64,000 nucleotides of DNA, from contig JAUSBW010000271.1 of assembly GCA_030651815.1 (NCBI GenBank), positions 4,137 through 68,136 of the forward strand, given 5' to 3'. Below, one piece after another: positions 9,982 through 19,446 of this stretch. The DNA comes from Methanoregula sp. (GTDB taxonomy: Archaea > Halobacteriota > Methanomicrobia > Methanomicrobiales > Methanospirillaceae). The translations under genes and the position numbers were made by a program. Positions within the stretch are counted from its first letter, which is position 1, and each line of letters opens with the position of its first letter. The notes below the pieces were generated by a model, which was not told where the DNA came from, did not search any database, and worked only from the letters and a program-made list of their open reading frames with translations.

Positions 9982-10880
9982 TGCATCACATCCATGAGCA
10001 TCGCCATCCGCACAGGGACACCATTTTTAGACTGTTCAAAGTACCGGGCGTGCGGTGACTCATCTACACGCGGATCGATCTCATCCACTCGCGGGAGGGG
10101 GTGTAGCACAATGAGATGTTCTTTGGCCCCGCTCAGTAGTTCAGGTGTGATCCGGTAACTTGATGCAACGTTGAAGTAAGAGGCCGAATCTGGGAATCGT
10201 TCGCGCTGCATACGGGTAACATAGAGCACATCAATTGTCCCTATCATCTCCTCAATGGAATCGTGGTTCACGATCTCCATGCCCTTGCTGGTGAGCTCGT
10301 TAACGAGCGTGTCGGGAAGTTCGAGTCCTGTGGGGGAGAGAGTGTGCAACCGGGCATTGTATAACGAGAGTGCGGACGCAAGCGAGTGCGCAGTGCGCCC
10401 ATACCGGAGATCTCCAATCAGCGCCACATCGATCTTATCAATCGGCATTGACTGGCGGATGGTGTAGAGGTCAAGCAGTGTCTGGGAAGGGTGCTGACCG
10501 GCACCGTCACCGGCGTTGATCACCGGCACAGTGGCAAACTCTGCGGCAAGGCGCGCTGCCCCTTCTTTGGGATGCCTGATAACGATCGCATCTGCGTACC
10601 CGCTCACCACCCGGATAGTGTCTGCGAGCGTCTCGCCTTTTGCCATGGAGCAGGCATCCACACTCCCCACAGAGAGGGATGTTCCCCCCAGTCGTGCAAT
10701 GGCTGATTCAAAGGACATCCGTGTTCTGGTACTGGGTTCAAAAAAGAGAGCAGCAAGGATCTTGCCATTGAGTGCATTCCTGTCGTACTTTTTGCTGTCG
10801 ATCTGCCGCGCATGATCCAACAGGCGGTCAATTTCGCTCCTGTTAAAATCCCCGATTGAAATGATGTGTCGCGTTGCCAC
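9978..10880 (-). CDS. pyrB: aspartate carbamoyltransferase catalytic subunit
   Basis: FFEPSTRTRMSFE carbamoyl-phosphate motif, GQHPSQ, LHPLPR. 300 aa. Confidence 0.95.
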   Translation of the reverse strand: MATRHIISIGDFNRSEIDRLLDHARQIDSKKYDRNALNGKILAALFFEPSTRTRMSFESAIARLGGTSLSVGSVDACSMAKGETLADTIRVVSGYADAIVIRHPKEGAARLAAEFATVPVINAGDGAGQHPSQTLLDLYTIRQSMPIDKIDVALIGDLRYGRTAHSLASALSLYNARLHTLSPTGLELPDTLVNELTSKGMEIVNHDSIEEMIGTIDVLYVTRMQRERFPDSASYFNVASSYRITPELLSGAKEHLIVLHPLPRVDEIDPRVDESPHARYFEQSKNGVPVRMAMLMDVMQ

Positions 10881-11090
10881 CCCTCCACTTGTCGTTCGTA
10901 CGATTATATGATCGTCTCCTGCTAATTAGATATCTTTCGCAGGTGCCGGGATGATAGCAGGAATGGGTGACTGTGATAACGTCTTTGAAAAATGAGGAAT
11001 GTCCCTTGTTTTTTTTGGCTGACAGGAATGATATTATTGGATGCTTACGCATTTTTTATCTGGATTATCCAGTATTTGTGAGAGTGAAGT

Positions 11091-12185
11091 GTGGTCAACA
11101 TACCCATTGCGCGACCGGCAATCGGTCAGGAAGAGATCTCGGCAGTCACTGCGGTGCTTGAATCAGGCATGCTCGCTTCCGGTGACAAGGTGATCGAACT
11201 AGAGACGAAATTTGCTGATTACTGTGGTGCTACGTACGGGGTTGCAATCAACAACGGAACTGCGGCCCTCCATGCGGCTCTCCTTGCCGCAGATATTGGT
11301 CATGGGGATGAAGTAATTGTACCGTCATTCTCTTTCATTGCTACTGCATCGGCAGTCCTGATGTGCGGGGCAAAGCCGATCTTTTGTGATGTCAATGACC
11401 AGACCTATACGATAGATACCGGACAGCTCGAAGAGCGGGTAACCCCGCGAACCCGGGCGGTTATTGGTGTGCACCTTTTTGGCCAGCCGTTTGATGTGCA
11501 GGGAGTGCAGAAAGTGTGCGAGCTGCACAACCTTAAGTTAATTGAGGATGCAGCACAGGCACATGGTGCACTTTACAATGGCAGTAAAGTCGGAAGTTTC
11601 GGGCACTTTGGTTGTTTCTCCTTCTATGCCACAAAAAACATGATCACCGGCGAAGGAGGGATGGTCACTACTAGCGAGAAGGCGTACGCTGAGCGTCTGC
11701 GCCTGATCATCAATCATGGCCAGAGTGAAAAATATGTCCATACCCGGCTTGGCTACAACTACCGGATGACTGATATGGCAGCGGCATTGGGAATTGTCCA
11801 GTTAAAAAAGTTAGAGAAGTTCAACCTGCGGCGCAGGAAGAATGCCGATTTCTATAATGCGAACCTCTCGGTAAAAGGGCTGGTCACCCCGGTTGTCGCG
11901 CCGGGGATGCACCATGTCTACCACCAGTATGTCATCCGTCTCACTGATGAGTTCCCGATGAAGCGCGATGCATTCATCGATTACTTAAAGTCCAAAGGGA
12001 TCGGCTCTGCTGTGCATTATCCCATACCTATTCACCGGCAGCCGGTCTTCGGGCTGACGAATTATCCTGATCCCTGCCCTGTCTCAACCCAGCTCTCATC
12101 GTCCGTCCTGAGCCTGCCGGTGCACCCATTGCTCGATCAAAAAGAGCTTGCCTTTATCTGTGATACGATCAACCGGGTGAAGTGA
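11091..12185 (+). CDS. DegT/DnrJ/EryC1-family PLP-dependent sugar aminotransferase (WbpE-like)
   Basis: GTG start. Family-typical IARPAIGQEE N-terminus and PLP-lysine region FSFYATKNMITGEGG. Confidence 0.9.
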   Translation: MVNIPIARPAIGQEEISAVTAVLESGMLASGDKVIELETKFADYCGATYGVAINNGTAALHAALLAADIGHGDEVIVPSFSFIATASAVLMCGAKPIFCDVNDQTYTIDTGQLEERVTPRTRAVIGVHLFGQPFDVQGVQKVCELHNLKLIEDAAQAHGALYNGSKVGSFGHFGCFSFYATKNMITGEGGMVTTSEKAYAERLRLIINHGQSEKYVHTRLGYNYRMTDMAAALGIVQLKKLEKFNLRRRKNADFYNANLSVKGLVTPVVAPGMHHVYHQYVIRLTDEFPMKRDAFIDYLKSKGIGSAVHYPIPIHRQPVFGLTNYPDPCPVSTQLSSSVLSLPVHPLLDQKELAFICDTINRVK

Positions 12186-13097
12186 ATGGACGTTGGTGTG
12201 ATCGGTGTCGGGACGATGGGAAGGAACCACGTCAGGGTCTACTCCGAACTTAAAAGTGTGAATTCCGTGGGTGTTTTTGACTTAAACACTGCAGGGGCTA
12301 AGGAGACAGGGGAAAAACACGGGGCAACTGTGTATAGTTCTGTGGCAGAACTGCTTGCCCGGTCCGATGCGGTGAGTGTCTGTGTTCCCACACAGTTCCA
12401 TAAGAATGTTGTCGGCCAGGTTTTTTCCGCCCGCAAATCTGTGCTGATCGAAAAACCGATCTGCGCCACAGCTGAGGAAGCTACGCAGCTCATGACGACA
12501 GCCCCGGAAGGGATCACGATTGGCGTTGGCCATATCGAACGGTTCAATCCGATTGTCGAAGAGATCAGAAAGATCGTAAAAAAACCACTCTATGTGGAGA
12601 TGAAGCGGCACAATCCCGCATCAGCACGGGTCACCGGAAGCACGGTGATTGAAGATCTGATGATCCACGACATCGATATCCTGCTGAACCTCTTTTTTCC
12701 GTCTCCGGGTGCGATCTGCAGTGCCGGAAATGCCGATGTGTGCAGCGTGCTGATGCGATGCGGAAATGTGCCTGTCTCGCTCTCCGCGAGCCGGAAATCG
12801 TCTAAGAAGATCCGCATGATCTATGTTGAGGAAGAGGAGTTCACCATCGAAGGGGACTTCATGTCGCAGGAGGTGACCATCTACCGCAAGCCGGGGCAGT
12901 ACCAGTTTGAGGCAGAGCGGTATGTGCAGGAGAATATCATTGAGAAGGTGATGGTGAACAAACTCGAACCTCTTAAACGGGAGCTTTCGACGTTCATCGA
13001 ATGTGTGGAACACGGACGCCCCTTCCCCATCACACCGGAACAGGCAATTCACAACCTGCGGATATGCGAAGAGATACAGGCAGGTCTTGCGAAATAG
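12186..13097 (+). CDS. Gfo/Idh/MocA-family NAD-dependent sugar oxidoreductase (WbpB-like)
   Basis: Rossmann GVIGVGTMGRNH and the LIEKP motif. Starts immediately after the aminotransferase stop. Confidence 0.85.
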   Translation: MDVGVIGVGTMGRNHVRVYSELKSVNSVGVFDLNTAGAKETGEKHGATVYSSVAELLARSDAVSVCVPTQFHKNVVGQVFSARKSVLIEKPICATAEEATQLMTTAPEGITIGVGHIERFNPIVEEIRKIVKKPLYVEMKRHNPASARVTGSTVIEDLMIHDIDILLNLFFPSPGAICSAGNADVCSVLMRCGNVPVSLSASRKSSKKIRMIYVEEEEFTIEGDFMSQEVTIYRKPGQYQFEAERYVQENIIEKVMVNKLEPLKRELSTFIECVEHGRPFPITPEQAIHNLRICEEIQAGLAK

Positions 13098-13115
13098 GTA
13101 CATGGGGTCACCGGT

Positions 13116-14546
13116 ATGACGCTTGATGCAATCCTTAAGAAAAAAGGGCCGATCAGGACGATTGGGGTACTTGGCATGGGATATGTGGGAATCCCTGCAG
13201 CGGCTCTTTTTGCCGATGTGCCGCAGTACGAGCGGGTCTATGGGTTCCAGCGCGATTCACCCTCGTCCGGTTATAAGATTGCCATGCTCAACCGTGGCGA
13301 AAGCCCGCTCCAGGGGGTGGAACCGGGGCTTGAAGAATTATTGCTAAAGGTGACTGCAGCACAGAAGTTTGTCTGCACCTCAGACTTCTCCAGGATCGCA
13401 GAACTAGACGCGGTTACCCTCTCGATTCAGACACCATTTCTGAACAAGGAAGACCTGCTGCCGGATTTTTCCGCATTGTTCGACGGAATAAAAAATGTCG
13501 GCCGCTATCTCCAGCCTGGCATGCTCGTGGTGCTGGAATCCACGATCACGCCCGGAACGACTATCGGGATCGCCCGCGAGCTCCTTGAGAAGGAGTCCGG
13601 GCTTAAGGCGGGTGTTGATTTCGCTCTTGCCCATGCACCCGAACGGGTGATGGTCGGGAGACTGCTTCGCAATATCCGTGAGCATGACCGGATTGTCGGT
13701 GGAATTGACGACGTGAGTACGCAGAGAGCAACTGAACTGTATTTCCCCGTACTGACCATGGGAAAAATTATCCCTATGTCTGCTACGGCAGCGGAAGTGA
13801 CCAAGACTGCGGAGAATACATTTCGGGATCTCCAGATCGCTGCGATCAACGAGCTGGCACTCTATTGCGAGGCGATGGGGATCAATGTCTACGATGTCCG
13901 GAACGGGATTGACAGCCTCAAAGGTGAAGGCATCACCCGTGCTATGCTCTGGCCCGGTGCCGGTGTCGGAGGGCACTGCCTCACAAAGGACACCTACCAT
14001 CTTGAACGGGGTGTCCAGCAGCTCGGGAACGGTACACTTGATTACCCGGCAAACGAACCGTCGCTCTATGTGCTTGCCCGGCACATCAACGATTTCATGC
14101 CCACCCACATGTTCCGGCTCACAAAAGATGCCATGCAGCGGGCGGGAGTACCGTTAAAAGGCGCAAAGGTTGCTCTTCTCGGCTGGGCATTTCTTTCCAA
14201 TTCGGATGATACGCGCAACACGCCCGCAGAACCGTACCGCGATCTCCTTGTTCAGGAGGGTGCGATTGTATCAGTCCACGATCCCTATGTAGCGGACTAT
14301 CCCGGCGTGCCGTTCGTTCCCTTTGTCGAGGAAGCCCTGCAGGATGCCGATGCGATCGTGATATTTACCGGTCATCACCAGTACCATACCCTGAACCCTC
14401 TCGTACTTAAGCAGCTCTCCGGCAGGAAGCACCCGGTTATCATTGACGGGCGGAACATGATCGACCCGGATGTATACATTAAAAATGGTTTTATTTACAA
14501 AGGCATAGGGCGGGGCGACAGGAACGGGCATACGATTGTGGAATGA
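13116..14546 (+). CDS. UDP-N-acetyl-hexosamine 6-dehydrogenase family (WbpA/WecC-like)
   Basis: Rossmann GVLGMGYVGIPAA and catalytic Cys motif GGHCLTKD. 476 aa. Confidence 0.9.
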   Translation: MTLDAILKKKGPIRTIGVLGMGYVGIPAAALFADVPQYERVYGFQRDSPSSGYKIAMLNRGESPLQGVEPGLEELLLKVTAAQKFVCTSDFSRIAELDAVTLSIQTPFLNKEDLLPDFSALFDGIKNVGRYLQPGMLVVLESTITPGTTIGIARELLEKESGLKAGVDFALAHAPERVMVGRLLRNIREHDRIVGGIDDVSTQRATELYFPVLTMGKIIPMSATAAEVTKTAENTFRDLQIAAINELALYCEAMGINVYDVRNGIDSLKGEGITRAMLWPGAGVGGHCLTKDTYHLERGVQQLGNGTLDYPANEPSLYVLARHINDFMPTHMFRLTKDAMQRAGVPLKGAKVALLGWAFLSNSDDTRNTPAEPYRDLLVQEGAIVSVHDPYVADYPGVPFVPFVEEALQDADAIVIFTGHHQYHTLNPLVLKQLSGRKHPVIIDGRNMIDPDVYIKNGFIYKGIGRGDRNGHTIVE

Positions 14547-14607
14547 ACTTTTTTTTAATCAGGATTTTTTTCGTTACAATCTGGCCTGATGTTGTTGTAT
14601 CTCTTCA

Positions 14608-15024
14608 TTATTCCTGCACCACGCGGACCGGTGCCTGACTGAAATGCCGGTCGAAAGTATAGATCTCATCAATTCCCTGTTGTTCCATGACAACCAGTGC
14701 CAGGGCATCATTGATGCTGATGGAATATTTTTGTGCCAGCCGGGTACTTTCCCGGTAGTTGTCAGCTGAGACCGACTGGACAGTAATCGAGGGTTTTGAC
14801 AGGAGTGCGGAGAGGAGATCGCATGCAAACCCGGGACCCGCCGCATCTTCGAGGACATTTGCTACTTCGCTGAGATGTACGGTCGTCGTGGTGACATGTT
14901 CCCCGGTATTTACCCGCAGGAAAATTTCTTTTGCCGCAGTTTCTCTCTTTAAGACAGCATCCGGAAGGGCTGTTTTTGGCCTGAGGACGGCATAGATGAA
15001 TACGTTTGCATCAATAAACCGCAT
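14608..15024 (-). CDS. vapC: PIN-domain toxin
   Basis: N-terminal FIDANVFIY with the PIN Asp, C-terminal IYTFDRHF. Overlaps the upstream antitoxin ORF. Confidence 0.85.
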   Translation of the reverse strand: MRFIDANVFIYAVLRPKTALPDAVLKRETAAKEIFLRVNTGEHVTTTTVHLSEVANVLEDAAGPGFACDLLSALLSKPSITVQSVSADNYRESTRLAQKYSISINDALALVVMEQQGIDEIYTFDRHFSQAPVRVVQE

Positions 15025-15247
15025 CTTTTCTCAGTTCCTTGCGCAGTGCGTGATAATCGTCAAAATGCTTGCCTTCAACTTCGACCGCGTCAACAAATCG
15101 TGAAAGATCGGTATCAGCCGGGCGGATCTCAAGCCGGTCATCCTCATCGATGATCATGACGTTCTTTGTCTTTAACCGGTTCCGCCACGCTTTTGGCAGG
15201 ATGATCCGGCCCTGTGCATCAACCTGCTTAATCTCCACTTTTGTCAT
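15011..15247 (-). CDS. vapB: AbrB/SpoVT-type antitoxin
   Basis: VDAQGRIILPKAWRNRL swapped-hairpin motif. 78 aa, overlaps vapC by 14 nt. Confidence 0.8.
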   Translation of the reverse strand: MTKVEIKQVDAQGRIILPKAWRNRLKTKNVMIIDEDDRLEIRPADTDLSRFVDAVEVEGKHFDDYHALRKELRKDAVY

Positions 15248-15591
15248 AGTTCCCCATAATTACTGTGATTAACCAGAATATTAATTTTCCCCAATGCATA
15301 GGAACGGTTGTGATGAGCGGGAGTGAGATGGGAGCAAAAATGATTATTCGCTGACACTGGCTCAATTTCCTATACACCCAACAATAAGGGACATTCCTGT
15401 CATGCGTCTCTGGAGGTACTATGAGGGGTCCCTTCGCACCGATCCCTCTCTTAGTAAATGGACCCCAGCTTTTACCGGTTCCTCTCCCGCACGATCAGAT
15501 CGTGAGTATGTACCTTCCGGACCAGCCCGGCTACCTTGTCCCCAAATTTCCCAGTGATCACCTTAAATCCCAAAAAGGAATATTGCCATAC

Positions 15592-16365
15592 ATGGACGTT
15601 GATCTCCGCGATCACTTCACGGCCTTATGGCAGAACTATTTTCCCGGCACAGAACTGCCGATCACGTTTGAATTCAGGAAAGAATCAGGCACCGCCAAAA
15701 AAGTTCCCCCTCCGGATGGCTGGCGCTGTATCATCTGCCAGATCGGCCGGGTCAGGAACGGGACACCACTTGTTTTTGATGCCCGGTCAGTCACCTGCAA
15801 GGGTGGACTCATGTATACGGGCTATTCACATGAGCGACCACCAAATTTCCGGTACTTCCTCTCTCAAGGGAAACCGGGCGTTGTGGAAGGAGAGCGCTAT
15901 AAGCAAACGCCGGAGATGGTTGATGCATGGCAGAAGAATCTCATCCCCCTGCCCTCAGAGGGAAAGGATATCGTCTTCACCCGCTGGGATCAGCTGACCG
16001 AACAGGACAATCCCGAAGTGGTGATCTTCTTTGCCCGTCCTGAAGTCATGAGCGGGCTTTTCACGCTTGCGAATTTCGACCAGAGAGATCCGAACGGGGT
16101 CATCTGCCCTATGGGGGCCGGGTGCAGTTCCATCATCTATTACCCGTGGCTCGAACAGCAGAAGGTAAATCCCAAGGTCGTACTGGGCATGTTCGATCCT
16201 TCAGCCCGTCCCTGTGTACCGCTTGATATCCTGACGATGGCGTTTCCCATGAAGAAATTTGCCCGGGTTATCGGGTACATGGAGGAGAGTTTTCTGATCA
16301 CAAAGACATGGGATACGGTAAAAAAGAAGATTGAGCGGAGTGCAGCGCTCGGTCAGAAGAGCTGA
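15592..16365 (+). CDS. DUF169-like protein
   Basis: 258 aa counted from the internal ATG (MDVDLRDHF). Layout resembles DUF169/COG2043, recognised only loosely (PEVVIFFARPE, CPMGAGCSS). The upstream 57 codons of the track ORF look non-coding. Confidence 0.45.
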   Translation: MDVDLRDHFTALWQNYFPGTELPITFEFRKESGTAKKVPPPDGWRCIICQIGRVRNGTPLVFDARSVTCKGGLMYTGYSHERPPNFRYFLSQGKPGVVEGERYKQTPEMVDAWQKNLIPLPSEGKDIVFTRWDQLTEQDNPEVVIFFARPEVMSGLFTLANFDQRDPNGVICPMGAGCSSIIYYPWLEQQKVNPKVVLGMFDPSARPCVPLDILTMAFPMKKFARVIGYMEESFLITKTWDTVKKKIERSAALGQKS

Positions 16366-16454
16366 CCATTCTTATTCCCGGTACTTACCGGGTTTCTACA
16401 GCCTCGAATCATGCACTGGTTGTAATGGTTTTAAGTATTTACAATGTTTACAGC

Positions 16455-16661
16455 ATGATCATGTCAGCGGTAAAGCGGTTGCCGGTCTCCGAGAAAGTCT
16501 GGAAAGAGCTGGGGGCAATGAAGGGGGCAGGCCAGACCTATGACGATCTCCTTGAGGATATGATTGAACGGGTCAAGAAAGCCCGGCTTGATGAAGATGT
16601 GAAGATGTGGGAAAGCCGCCCGGATTCGGAGTACGTGTCCCTGTCGGAGATTAAGGATTGA
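16455..16661 (+). CDS. putative antitoxin of RelE-type pair
   Basis: Small acidic protein directly upstream of the RelE-like ORF and overlapping it by 4 nt. Architecture shared with the ORF at 24371. Confidence 0.5.
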   Translation: MIMSAVKRLPVSEKVWKELGAMKGAGQTYDDLLEDMIERVKKARLDEDVKMWESRPDSEYVSLSEIKD

Positions 16662-16948
16662 CCTTCGAAGTGAAGGTACGGAATACGGTTGATGCGTTTA
16701 TCGGTTCCGTACCGGAAAAATCCCGGCGCATCATCAGAAACGCTCTCCAGGGTCTTTGTGAGAATCCTTTTCCCGGGAGCGGCGGGGATCAGGAGAGACT
16801 GGTCTTACGGGGCGGCAGGGAGATATACCGGCTCCATATTGCCCGTACTTACACTGCATTCTATTCCATTGATGACGAGAACCGTATTGTCAGGGTCCAT
16901 GAGATTCTTCCCATTGAGCAGGCGCATAAGAAGTACGGGCGGTTGTAA
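16658..16948 (+). CDS. relE: RelE/ParE-superfamily toxin
   Basis: 96 aa, TTG start. C-terminal IYRLHIARTYTAFYSIDDENRIVRVHEILPIEQAHKKY resembles archaeal RelE. Confidence 0.7.
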   Translation: MTFEVKVRNTVDAFIGSVPEKSRRIIRNALQGLCENPFPGSGGDQERLVLRGGREIYRLHIARTYTAFYSIDDENRIVRVHEILPIEQAHKKYGRL

Positions 16949-17130
16949 TCAGCCACTTTTTATGGTACAAGCATTGATCCAGGTAGGGAGTGGAAGGTTA
17001 ATGGTTGTTTGACGTGAATTTTTCAGAAACAATTCTGAAAACATCCTCAATCAGTCACGAAATTGAATAGTGCGACAAATAAATAAAACCAGATTACAAT
17101 AACACACTATTATGATAAAGAGGGTTGACC

Positions 17131-18204
17131 ATGATTTCTCATTTAAAAATTGAACATTTTAAATCAATTGAATCTCTGGATATTGATTGTAATCAAATCA
17201 ATATTTTTATCGGTGAACCCAATACCGGAAAATCAAATATTCTTGAAGCGCTGGCACTTTTTACTTATATCGATCAAACATATGCTAGTGGTCATTCCGA
17301 ATTATCTTGGTATATCCGGTTTAAAGACCTCTCAAATCTGTTCACTGATGGGATCTTGGATCGAAATGTTATCCTTGAGATTAGAAGGCAGGATATTAAT
17401 AAGCAAATTACACTTGATGAATTAACGAAAGAATTTATTCAGAGAAAAATTAACGATATTACCGAAAAAATAACAATTATTCCAGAATCAGAATCCTATA
17501 AACTGTCAGATCAAGTAAAAATCAATGCTGACTTTGTAAATAAACGGGATATAAAATTTGATTTTTCCGGAAATCCCCATGGTGGGGGTGGTAATACTGG
17601 TAGTCCTTCAGGGATAAAATATTATTTTTATAAAGAATTTTCAGAGTACATTGATCTTACTTCAGATGCACTCAAACCGCCATTTGGTGAAAATCTTGTT
17701 GCCCTGATTCAAGCGCATAAACCACTCAGGAAAAAGGTCAGTGATATCCTTAAAGCTGAAGGATATCGCCTTCTTATAAAACCTCATGGGAAACAGATAG
17801 AGATTATCAAGGATATAGATGAAGTTTCATTTGGTTATCCCTATACAATTTTGTCGGATACTCTAAAACGTATTATTTTCTTCACGCTCGTGATCCAGTC
17901 TAATAAAAACGCCACTATTGTTCTCGAAGAACCAGAGTCCTGTACATTCCCTTATTACACAAAACATCTTGCCGAAATGATTGCACTTGATGACCAGAAC
18001 CAGTACTTCATTGCCACCCACAACCCGTATCTCCTTCGTTCAATCATCGAAAAAGCGCCCAAAGAAAAGGTGAATATCTTTGTGATTTCAATCAAAGATT
18101 ATCTTACACAAGTCTCCAAGATCGATTCGAAAAGGATCCCCGATCTCCTCGATTCCGACCCATTTTTTAACCTGTCGTTATTTATCGAGGAGGAGACGGG
18201 ATGA
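17131..18204 (+). CDS. ABC/SMC-type (AAA_15/21-like) ATPase
   Basis: IEHFKSI...IFIGEPNTGKSNILEAL (Walker A), signature-like LSDTLKR, Walker B IVLEEPE, H-loop IATHNP. AT-rich relative to flanks. A TTG at 17125 is an alternative start. Confidence 0.8.
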   Translation: MISHLKIEHFKSIESLDIDCNQINIFIGEPNTGKSNILEALALFTYIDQTYASGHSELSWYIRFKDLSNLFTDGILDRNVILEIRRQDINKQITLDELTKEFIQRKINDITEKITIIPESESYKLSDQVKINADFVNKRDIKFDFSGNPHGGGGNTGSPSGIKYYFYKEFSEYIDLTSDALKPPFGENLVALIQAHKPLRKKVSDILKAEGYRLLIKPHGKQIEIIKDIDEVSFGYPYTILSDTLKRIIFFTLVIQSNKNATIVLEEPESCTFPYYTKHLAEMIALDDQNQYFIATHNPYLLRSIIEKAPKEKVNIFVISIKDYLTQVSKIDSKRIPDLLDSDPFFNLSLFIEEETG

Positions 18205-18674
18205 TCATTGTCGAATGCAATAACGATGAATTTGTCCTTCTGGTGTTTGGGGTTGGAAAAAAGCGTATAAAACATGAGTCCTGTAAAGGTGATGTCCTTC
18301 GAAAAGCCGGAAAAAATTCACCGGTTCTGGCATTTATCGACGATGATCCCGATAGTGAACAACCGAGGGAATTGAGCAAATATTTAGTGACAAGTGAGGG
18401 AGAGACCCTAAAACATGGCATTCATTCCGATGATCCGCACAGGCGTATTATTATCGTTTCTCCATATCTTGAAAGATGGTTGCTTATTCGGGCAAAACGA
18501 AGCGGTATTAATCCAAAGACATATGGGTTGCCCGACGAACCAAAAGAATTGAAATCCATCCCACATCTGGAGAAAAACAAAGGATTTAAACAATTCGTAG
18601 AGGATTTAACAAAGAAAGATGCAGAAATCGCAAAAATTTTGAATTGGATCTCGGACTATCGGAGAATTGAATAA
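18201..18674 (+). CDS. small Toprim-like (DUF4435/OLD-nuclease-like) protein
   Basis: 157 aa, ATGA overlap with the ATPase. N-terminal IIVECNNDE (E-x3-D, as in the EGxxD motif) and AFIDDDPD (DxD) fit a Toprim metal-binding pattern. Fold not verified. Confidence 0.55.
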   Translation: MIIVECNNDEFVLLVFGVGKKRIKHESCKGDVLRKAGKNSPVLAFIDDDPDSEQPRELSKYLVTSEGETLKHGIHSDDPHRRIIIVSPYLERWLLIRAKRSGINPKTYGLPDEPKELKSIPHLEKNKGFKQFVEDLTKKDAEIAKILNWISDYRRIE

Positions 18675-18720
18675 TTATTTCGATTGAATAAAATCCTCTT
18701 TTTGGAATTTTACAATTTTT

Positions 18721-19446
18721 CTATTTCCTCGCAATCGTCACATACCCCGAGTGGCTCACCGAGGTAGAAGGCCGGGTCCCTCTCTTCGACCGGGTCATCT
18801 CCCGCTCGATCAGTTCATGGGTGTGCACCTCGCGGAACAGCGGAGTGGCTTCATCGACAACGATTGCCATCTGCTCCAGAAACGGGGTGTAACACGCAAG
18901 ATACCCCCCGGATCGCAGCAGTGAGAATGCATGTCTCACATGCTCGGGCAGGATCTGGAGATCAAGATGCACCACATCATACATGCCATCAGCGGTAAGG
19001 AAATCTGCAGCCACCGCTTCCACATTCGTGAGTTTCGACTCAGTGATGTTCTTCATCGCGAGCGTGGAAAACTCCGGCCGGATCTCGTAGGTCTTTACAG
19101 TCTTTGCCACGCCGCCAAAGTAGATCGCGGCAATCCCGCTGCCGGTACCGGCATCGAGAACATCGTCGTTGTGGTTCATGCCGGTATACGCGATGACGAG
19201 CCCGATATCCTTGGGCAGCATCGGGGCTCCTGACCGTTTACCATACGTGAAAAAATCCGTAGGGCGGGGGATGCGGATGGTGAACTGCGCACCGTTATGG
19301 GTGGTGACTGTATCGCCGCCCGATGCTCCTACCAACTGGTTAAGGTCAATTTGTCCTTTATCGGTACCGAGCGAGCCCGGCCCGGCCTTGACAAAAAATT
19401 CCCTGCCCTCTCCTACGAGCAGTACGCGATCGCCCGGTTCGATCAT
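18721..19446 (-). CDS. trmI: tRNA (adenine-N1)-methyltransferase TrmI/GCD14 family
   Basis: N-terminal beta-barrel segment (GDRVLLVGEGREFFV), SAM motif VLDAGTGSG. 241 aa. Confidence 0.9.
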   Translation of the reverse strand: MIEPGDRVLLVGEGREFFVKAGPGSLGTDKGQIDLNQLVGASGGDTVTTHNGAQFTIRIPRPTDFFTYGKRSGAPMLPKDIGLVIAYTGMNHNDDVLDAGTGSGIAAIYFGGVAKTVKTYEIRPEFSTLAMKNITESKLTNVEAVAADFLTADGMYDVVHLDLQILPEHVRHAFSLLRSGGYLACYTPFLEQMAIVVDEATPLFREVHTHELIEREMTRSKRGTRPSTSVSHSGYVTIARK

